Source of the DNA: a virus
Taxonomy: Duplodnaviria > Caudoviricetes
Reading direction: 5' to 3' (one strand)
Virus record (IMG/VR): IMGVR_UViG_3300015214_000004
Location: 1 to 64,000 of that record
Length of the DNA stretch: 64,000 nucleotides
Positions 58,801 through 64,000 of this stretch are shown here, one piece after another; the first letter of the stretch is position 1, and each line of letters starts with the position of its first letter. Below the pieces are notes generated by a model. The model made no database searches. It was not told where the DNA came from and was given only the letters and a program-made list of their open reading frames with translations. The position numbers were made by a program, and so were the translations under genes.

Positions 58801-61800
58801 GAATCATTGGTCAAGTCAAAAGAAGCAATAAAGACAGAAGATGGCAGATACCAGATGTTGCCATTAAAAGAAACTGCGCAACCAGGTGTTGAGGCAGCAA
58901 CGAAGCCGTCTACTGAAAAAGAGGCGGTTTCTGAACCTTTAAAAACAGAACAAAATGAACCAACAATTAAGCCCACAGAAACTAAAGAAGCTAAAAAGCC
59001 TGAACCAAAAGAAGTAACATTTGAGTTTATAGGTGAGCCAAGAAAAGGTATTATTACGGAACAAGGTGATGGGTTTGTAAAAGTAAAAGATAGCCGGGGA
59101 ATAAACCATACCATAAAAGAAGGAGATACAAAGTATCGAAATGTAAAAATGGAAGGGATGGAATTTAAAGAGACGGTTTCTGCTGCTCAAATATTAGATA
59201 AAGAAATAGCAAAGACACGTAAAGAAAAACTAACAGAAAAAGAACAGGAGGTAAAAAATAGACTGGCAGAAAGGTTACAAAAACTTAGCGGAGCTAAATT
59301 TATAACCATCGAAGAAAAGTCAAATAATCTGAAAGAAATATATGGTGTTATAAATGACCTTGCTGAATTAGGGCTTATTAAAATTGAAAAAGGAATTGAT
59401 CATGTAATGTCTGAACTAAAAAAATATTTTCCAGATAAAGATATAGATAAATATAAAACAGACATTGAAGAAAATATATTTGGGAAACAAGAAAAACCAA
59501 AAGCAGAAAATTATGATAATGTATTAAAATCTATTGAAGAAAGAAAAATTGCCGAAAAATCTTTTAGGGAAAAAACAAGGAAAAAAATAAAATCACAATT
59601 TAATAAATTGGTGGTTGATAAGTCAGAGAATTTTAGGCAGAAAATATTGTCAATTGATAAAGAAGAAGGCCAGAGGGCTGTCAACTATTTTAATTTACAG
59701 GCAGGGTCATCAAGCAAATCAAAAATGGATTTTGACAAGGCAAGGCGTAAAATATTTGGAGGAGTTGGGAAAATAATGGACATAAGGGAACAGGAGTTAT
59801 TGGGAGAATACATAGACAAAAAAAGGATTGTAGAATTAGATAATCTGTATGACAAAAGAAAACAGGAAAGGTTAAAACATGAAGGTGGTGTTACTGGTGA
59901 AGAAGCTCAATTGTTTTTAGATGCTATAAAAAATAAAGACCAAAAATTATTAGACAAGTTTAATTTATCAGATGTAGATGCCAAGAAATTAGAAAATGCC
60001 GCAAACGAATATTATGATGTGATGCGGAATAATTTAAAACGGTTATATGATGAAGGGATTATTTCTGAACAGTCTTATAATAAATTAGCAGAAGAACAAC
60101 CATTCTATTCAAAGCGAATGTACATAGACCATATAAACAGCATAGATGGCAACGGTAAATTAAGTGGTATAGAATCATTAAAAGAGGGAAGTGAATCAAG
60201 TAAGGTTGTTGATGTACAGACATTATTGGGCGACAATATAACAAGGACAGACCGGATCATATTTGCCAATAGGGCTAAAAAAGCATTGAACGATGTTGCA
60301 GTAAAATTCCCTGAAAATGGATATATAGCAGAAGCGGAATATTCTAATGAATATTTTAACAAACTGGCAAAGGAACTTGAAAAGCCTGAAAAAGACAGGC
60401 AGTTTATAGAACCGTCCTTTAAAGAAGCTCCAAAAGGTTTTACTATTGTCGAATTTATGGACAATGGCAAAAAGAAAGGTTTCTATTTAGAAAATGAACT
60501 GTATAAAGAATATGAATTTAATCCTGACCCTGAATGGCTTGATTTAACAAAAAACATTATAGGGTGGGCAAGTGGAACAAAATTATTGAAAGCAGGGGCT
60601 ACTGGGTACAATCCTGAATTCGCCATTAAGAATGTTCCATTAGATATGTTGCACATAATGACATCTACCGAGGAGTATTCATCTACATATGCTATTGCCA
60701 CACCACAGATGTTAAACGATATGCGAAAAGTGTTTAAAGATGCCTCAACGAGGTCAGGCCGGTTTATTGATTATATGGAGCAAGGTGGTGGAATGGATTA
60801 TCTTACAACGCAAGGAAGTTTGTCACCAAGAAAATATAAAAAATATAATAATCTGAACAACGGACTTAAAGCATTGTCGGATGTGGCTTCATATATGGGA
60901 AATACCAGTGAGATATTGACACGTTTGGCATTAAGGGAAAGATATATTGACAATAGGTTAAACGCACTTAAAAAGGAAGGTATTACCCCTACAAAAGAAA
61001 ATATAAAAGAAATAGAATTTGCGGCAACAGCTTATGCGAGAAATTATTTAGATTTTGCACAAGGGGGGAAAGCTATAAAACTTATGGATGCCGGGATACC
61101 ATATCTAAATGCTGGAATACAGGTTACAAGAGGGACTTTACGGGCGGCGGCGAGAAATAAGAAAGCATTTTGGTACAAGTTTGGTCAATTAGGATTGACC
61201 GCAGCAGCAATAACAGCGTATAATATGGGGGTATTTAGTAGAGGTGACGATGAAGAAAAAAACGAACGTGCCGAATATTATAAAAATGAGATATCTGACA
61301 GGAACAAAGCCAATAACTTCATTATAATGACTGGTCTCAATTATATAGATAAACAAGGAAACAAAAGGTATTTATATATCAAAATACCAAAAGACCAGAC
61401 ACAACAATTAGTGACAGGGCTGTTTGAAGATTTATATTTAAAATATGTACATGGAGACTCAGAACACCAAATATTAAACGACAGAAGGTTTATGGAGCTG
61501 AAAGCATTGACAAAGAATGTTGGTGATGTAGCTGGTATGCCTCCAATGATTACTGCTATTACAGGATATAAAAACAATGTGAATTTATTTTATCAAGAAG
61601 CAATATGGTATGGAGACGAACTTGGAAAAGACAAGTCAGAAGAATATTACATAGGAAGAACCCCTGAAAGGTTTATTGAATGGGGAAAATTAACAGGAAT
61701 GTCACCGGAAAGAACAAGATATGCGACACAACAGTTTATTACAGGGTCAAACATGTTTGGGACTATATTGGGTGAAGGTCTTGATTATATGGTTGCCGAT

Positions 61801-62319
61801 TTGGATAAAGAAATAAAAACAGAATTAAATAAAACAACATCGGAGAAAGTAAAGAATATGCCGTTTGCCAGGAGGTTTATAGGGGAAACAAGCCCTTATT
61901 CAAGAGAATCATCAGCAAAAACAGCGCAACAAGAAATAAACAGAGAGCAGACAAAGAATGACCATGAACTTGATAGAATATTATTAAGTGATTCAAAACC
62001 AGATGATATAGTTGATTTTATTGTAAAACAAGAACCTTATGAAGCTAAAAGGCTTGTTGATAGATATTTTGACAAGTTAAAATTAGAAGGGGTCAACAAA
62101 CAGGTAAAAGATTTAATGTTTTATCCCCCGGAAGCAAGAGCAAAAGGTTTTTATGATATGATAAAAAATAAACCAGACAAAGAAGTGCAAAAGATAATGT
62201 CTGATGCTGTAAGGATAGGCGGTATAATAACAGAAGGAAGATTTATGGAAGAACTTATTAAGTTAAGTTTAGAGGACGGGAAGAAGATACAAGAAATCAA
62301 AGCAATAAAAAACAAATAA
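55879..62319 (+). CDS. Large polyvalent internal virion protein (GNAT-like module, LPD38-like C-terminal region)
   Basis: 2146 aa. WIEIDPDKRDHGNGKDTY..LQSD near 58600-58760, and AGIPYLNAGIQ..YIKIPKD in the C-terminal region. Confidence 0.65.
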   Translation: MPNNQIYNFLKENGLTEKSETDFINEYSNPNKANELYLFFKENNLTQKNSDEFYNEYLKKKEDGFRTVAEKGATQKELEKNIGAEFEKPIEILEAESNILTAKNKDLNFVKRATEPDKYPSLQTEDGKEKTHKLEWGDDGVGNYYVYPTIIQDKKTGELKELNSKDAFNYAMESGEYIKTDSPQTAEYYKNNGLLNREQLPEQSDTSEGFRTIHEKINAPNVNDKIEATDIPEYITTIKNKYKEYESGEFQKKAEKGEIDKPPKIEGDIKIMDDKQIPLSAEVFDYEDKSKQKPGSSLEYILEKGYNQSMIGLADAIHNKNYRINPEYLEKYDANTLENTLATAFGFILDAPFFWMGGKAGSTAAKPIVNKIVNNGTQKLVNSGIERKVAEQIAKKSMAKLTGAINSMASSGVALGSYGFTMGAMEQWADPENDFKDIEWSQALARGGKDFLLGTSVGLIGSQFANLGKAAQRIESPITRKTIQTALVPTAITAENTVFIYGGALLDGRKLSDVTAKEFLEGELLLGVLKAKEPIKFAKDFKRSLKYENEKAGKGIYEIDLTQSELNDLKYKNYDEAITDLSKNDAKLTEVFKDKDIPAITKAKLLWGSRGIKWEKNFYADYTYAEGNEVKTFNKEGVLLDKEAFTSKEEANSIAMERQSMIENSKKLQQAASLTESDKAKVINNISVEAEPLNDALRKSPQQRTAEERKMVSDFNKEVDKIIVDAQKKGLYEPIPELRLSDETLYTLNKIEDKEPVINQRIKDAANELFREYQRIGKLKEIPGRKNTIEQLNESRAFLEKEITRLDNMVKEQENTRKFVKDDMNETFNKQEKPKEIKKDEIKFEEKTEVKGVEKPVDIIRKPDAKTETLKEELVQFGDEMPAKKSMVNFLKSDPENTFTTPIVKNGEKIGDITIDKKDKTWDVKWIEIDPDKRDHGNGKDTYRKMNELAQKEGKVLQSDTKPKLNTETAGYVWESLVKSKEAIKTEDGRYQMLPLKETAQPGVEAATKPSTEKEAVSEPLKTEQNEPTIKPTETKEAKKPEPKEVTFEFIGEPRKGIITEQGDGFVKVKDSRGINHTIKEGDTKYRNVKMEGMEFKETVSAAQILDKEIAKTRKEKLTEKEQEVKNRLAERLQKLSGAKFITIEEKSNNLKEIYGVINDLAELGLIKIEKGIDHVMSELKKYFPDKDIDKYKTDIEENIFGKQEKPKAENYDNVLKSIEERKIAEKSFREKTRKKIKSQFNKLVVDKSENFRQKILSIDKEEGQRAVNYFNLQAGSSSKSKMDFDKARRKIFGGVGKIMDIREQELLGEYIDKKRIVELDNLYDKRKQERLKHEGGVTGEEAQLFLDAIKNKDQKLLDKFNLSDVDAKKLENAANEYYDVMRNNLKRLYDEGIISEQSYNKLAEEQPFYSKRMYIDHINSIDGNGKLSGIESLKEGSESSKVVDVQTLLGDNITRTDRIIFANRAKKALNDVAVKFPENGYIAEAEYSNEYFNKLAKELEKPEKDRQFIEPSFKEAPKGFTIVEFMDNGKKKGFYLENELYKEYEFNPDPEWLDLTKNIIGWASGTKLLKAGATGYNPEFAIKNVPLDMLHIMTSTEEYSSTYAIATPQMLNDMRKVFKDASTRSGRFIDYMEQGGGMDYLTTQGSLSPRKYKKYNNLNNGLKALSDVASYMGNTSEILTRLALRERYIDNRLNALKKEGITPTKENIKEIEFAATAYARNYLDFAQGGKAIKLMDAGIPYLNAGIQVTRGTLRAAARNKKAFWYKFGQLGLTAAAITAYNMGVFSRGDDEEKNERAEYYKNEISDRNKANNFIIMTGLNYIDKQGNKRYLYIKIPKDQTQQLVTGLFEDLYLKYVHGDSEHQILNDRRFMELKALTKNVGDVAGMPPMITAITGYKNNVNLFYQEAIWYGDELGKDKSEEYYIGRTPERFIEWGKLTGMSPERTRYATQQFITGSNMFGTILGEGLDYMVADLDKEIKTELNKTTSEKVKNMPFARRFIGETSPYSRESSAKTAQQEINREQTKNDHELDRILLSDSKPDDIVDFIVKQEPYEAKRLVDRYFDKLKLEGVNKQVKDLMFYPPEARAKGFYDMIKNKPDKEVQKIMSDAVRIGGIITEGRFMEELIKLSLEDGKKIQEIKAIKNK

Positions 62320-62351
62320 ATATATTTAGTAAATTTGAAAAAACAAAAGAC

Positions 62352-62828
62352 ATGAAAAAGATAGCGTTTTTAATAGGTTTTATGGTCACAATGATGTCCT
62401 TTGGGCAGTTTTCAGCGCCAAGGTTACATTATTATAAAGAAATAATAATTGACAGCGTATCCGGCACAGACAGTATATATGTTTACGAAGACGACAATGA
62501 AAGGACGCCTTTTAAAATAAAAAGCGGCTATGTCGGTATCATTGTAGAATATTATTCAGTAGATGACAATGATGCAACATTTGATATAGGCGTATCAAAT
62601 GGATATTCATTTAATTCTATTGACACGGCAAAACTTCCATTATTGTTAGATTTACAAAATGACAGCGCAAGCGTAAATGGTGTTTTAAAAGGAAATACAG
62701 CAGGGGTAACAGCAACAAAAACATGGAAATCAGATTATCCTGTACCGTATGAAAATTTAGCCTTTAAACTGATATTGAACAGCGTGTCTTCTGGAACAGT
62801 AAAACTTTGGATATATGGTTATGAATAA
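62352..62828 (+). CDS. Signal-peptide-bearing protein
   Basis: MKKIAFLIGFMVTMMSFG|Q, and sequons DSV, DSI, DTA and DSA. Confidence 0.6.
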   Translation: MKKIAFLIGFMVTMMSFGQFSAPRLHYYKEIIIDSVSGTDSIYVYEDDNERTPFKIKSGYVGIIVEYYSVDDNDATFDIGVSNGYSFNSIDTAKLPLLLDLQNDSASVNGVLKGNTAGVTATKTWKSDYPVPYENLAFKLILNSVSSGTVKLWIYGYE

Positions 62829-64000
62829 GATCAAATCATTAATAATATTATTGTTTACGTCATGTATCTTGGTTAATTCTCAGGTACAAGACGTTTATAA
62901 GAATTATTCATATGACAATTACACGTATTGGATAGGAAGGAGTTCGAGTAAGTTGGCAGAATTTGAACCAAACATGGTACAATTGGCCAATTATTATTGT
63001 ATTTACCTTATAGCGAATTATAATTCGGACACAGCAACAGCAGATAGTGCAAGGGCTATAATAAATGCTATATGGAACTCTAATTATTCAAGCACGGAAA
63101 TACCATCATTTCCTAATTTTAATACGTTGTATCAAAATGTATTAGATTCCATATCAAATAGCGCTGTGGATAGTTTAGTAACGACTGGATTGGCATCAGC
63201 AGACACATTACAATATTATTATTTGATAACAGTGGTAAATGACAGTCTTTCTGCAATAAGGGGTGATTTAGTCGGTGTTGTTACAGCCATGAACGATTAT
63301 GTTTTAACATCGGTATTTACATCTACGCTTACAGACAGTATGGCCGATATTAGGTCAGAATTATTATCAATAACAAATTCATTAAGCAATTACGTAACAA
63401 ATACTGTTTTATCTGATAGTTTAGCTTATTATGATGCAAAAGCACAAGCGTATGTTGATGATACCTTGCCGTCATATACACTATTGTCGGTATTTTTGGA
63501 CAGTGTTGGTGATTTAAGAGGGGATATATCCTTGTTTGTACCATCAACCGAATTGACAGATACATTAGCTTATTATTGGACAGGGGTGCGAACAAACGAC
63601 AGTATAAACGCAAAGATAGCCAGGGACGGGGGGGGAAACATTGATGATACATTGTCTTATTATTATTTAGGGGAAAGGGTTGATGACAGTATAGCGGCAG
63701 CAATAGCAGCGCTGACATATTTGGATTATACCGGGACACCGGCGCAATATTATATTCCTTTTATGTCAGATTTAAATACGATACAAACAAATTCACAATT
63801 CAGGTTTACTGGAAATACAAGATTAGTAGATGCGATATATTTAGGGACAAGTGACCCTAACAATTCAACAAGGATAAACTGGAACTACCATGTTTATGCA
63901 TATGAGATAAATTCTATAAATGGCCTAAATGTATATTATCCATTAGGCGCATCTGGAAGCCCGATAGAAATAACAACCCCGTCTTTAACAGCGACACAAA
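62821..64000 (+). CDS. Signal-peptide-bearing, sequon-rich protein, possibly a fibre/spike (runs off the window; absent from the ORF track)
   Basis: Open frame from ATG 62821 to the window end, starting MNKIKSLIILLFTSCILVNS|Q, with 14 D-S/T-(A/I/L/M/V) motifs. Confidence 0.7.
   Translation, partial: MNKIKSLIILLFTSCILVNSQVQDVYKNYSYDNYTYWIGRSSSKLAEFEPNMVQLANYYCIYLIANYNSDTATADSARAIINAIWNSNYSSTEIPSFPNFNTLYQNVLDSISNSAVDSLVTTGLASADTLQYYYLITVVNDSLSAIRGDLVGVVTAMNDYVLTSVFTSTLTDSMADIRSELLSITNSLSNYVTNTVLSDSLAYYDAKAQAYVDDTLPSYTLLSVFLDSVGDLRGDISLFVPSTELTDTLAYYWTGVRTNDSINAKIARDGGGNIDDTLSYYYLGERVDDSIAAAIAALTYLDYTGTPAQYYIPFMSDLNTIQTNSQFRFTGNTRLVDAIYLGTSDPNNSTRINWNYHVYAYEINSINGLNVYYPLGASGSPIEITTPSLTATQ

Noticed and set aside
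1-64000. Diversity-generating retroelement, retron or stop-codon reassignment
   Set aside because: No reverse transcriptase motif was recognised in the ORF track, no template/variable repeat pair was noticed, and long genes are intact in the standard bacterial code.

Overview
AT-rich genome segment of a Bacteroidota-infecting tailed phage or large prophage. No host housekeeping genes are visible. The host assignment rests on repeated TAnnTTTG promoter boxes, Bacteroidota-style signal peptides and the replisome-organizer family. Layout: (1) 0-3.5 kb, an integron-like array of attC-like hairpins and self-complementary cassettes ending at an IntI-like tyrosine recombinase. (2) 3.5-12.5 kb, replication/recombination genes (initiator with iterons, DnaB, YqaJ exonuclease, RusA, PolX-like, HNH-AP2, RecT-like). 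(3) 12.6-14.8 kb, five tandem Y-RNA-like units, three with tRNA-like inserts, upstream of a Ro60/TROVE-like (DUF2828-type) vWA protein. (4) 15.2-15.9 kb, a second integrase-less cassette platform carrying an adenine methyltransferase. (5) 17.5-21.2 kb, a minus-strand block with a serine recombinase and a low-complexity possible terminus region. (6) 21.6-28.8 kb, early genes, SSB, a circularly permuted tmRNA gene and a second iteron cluster. (7) 29-33.5 kb, a glycosyltransferase/epimerase cluster. (8) A degenerate ClpP-like gene, a TnpB-only IS200/IS605 element and a tandem GroES-like gene. (9) 37-62 kb, a podovirus-type morphogenesis module resembling crAss-related Bacteroidota phages (terminase, portal, scaffold, capsid, ring proteins, tail stabilization protein, cargo proteins). 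(10) Secreted proteins dense in Bacteroidota O-glycosylation sequons at the right edge. The best candidate for an undescribed system is the phage integron-like platform. Its genes are inverted relative to canonical integrons, and cargo genes sit at hairpin tips between short direct repeats. All calls are from reading motifs by eye; no database searches were run.
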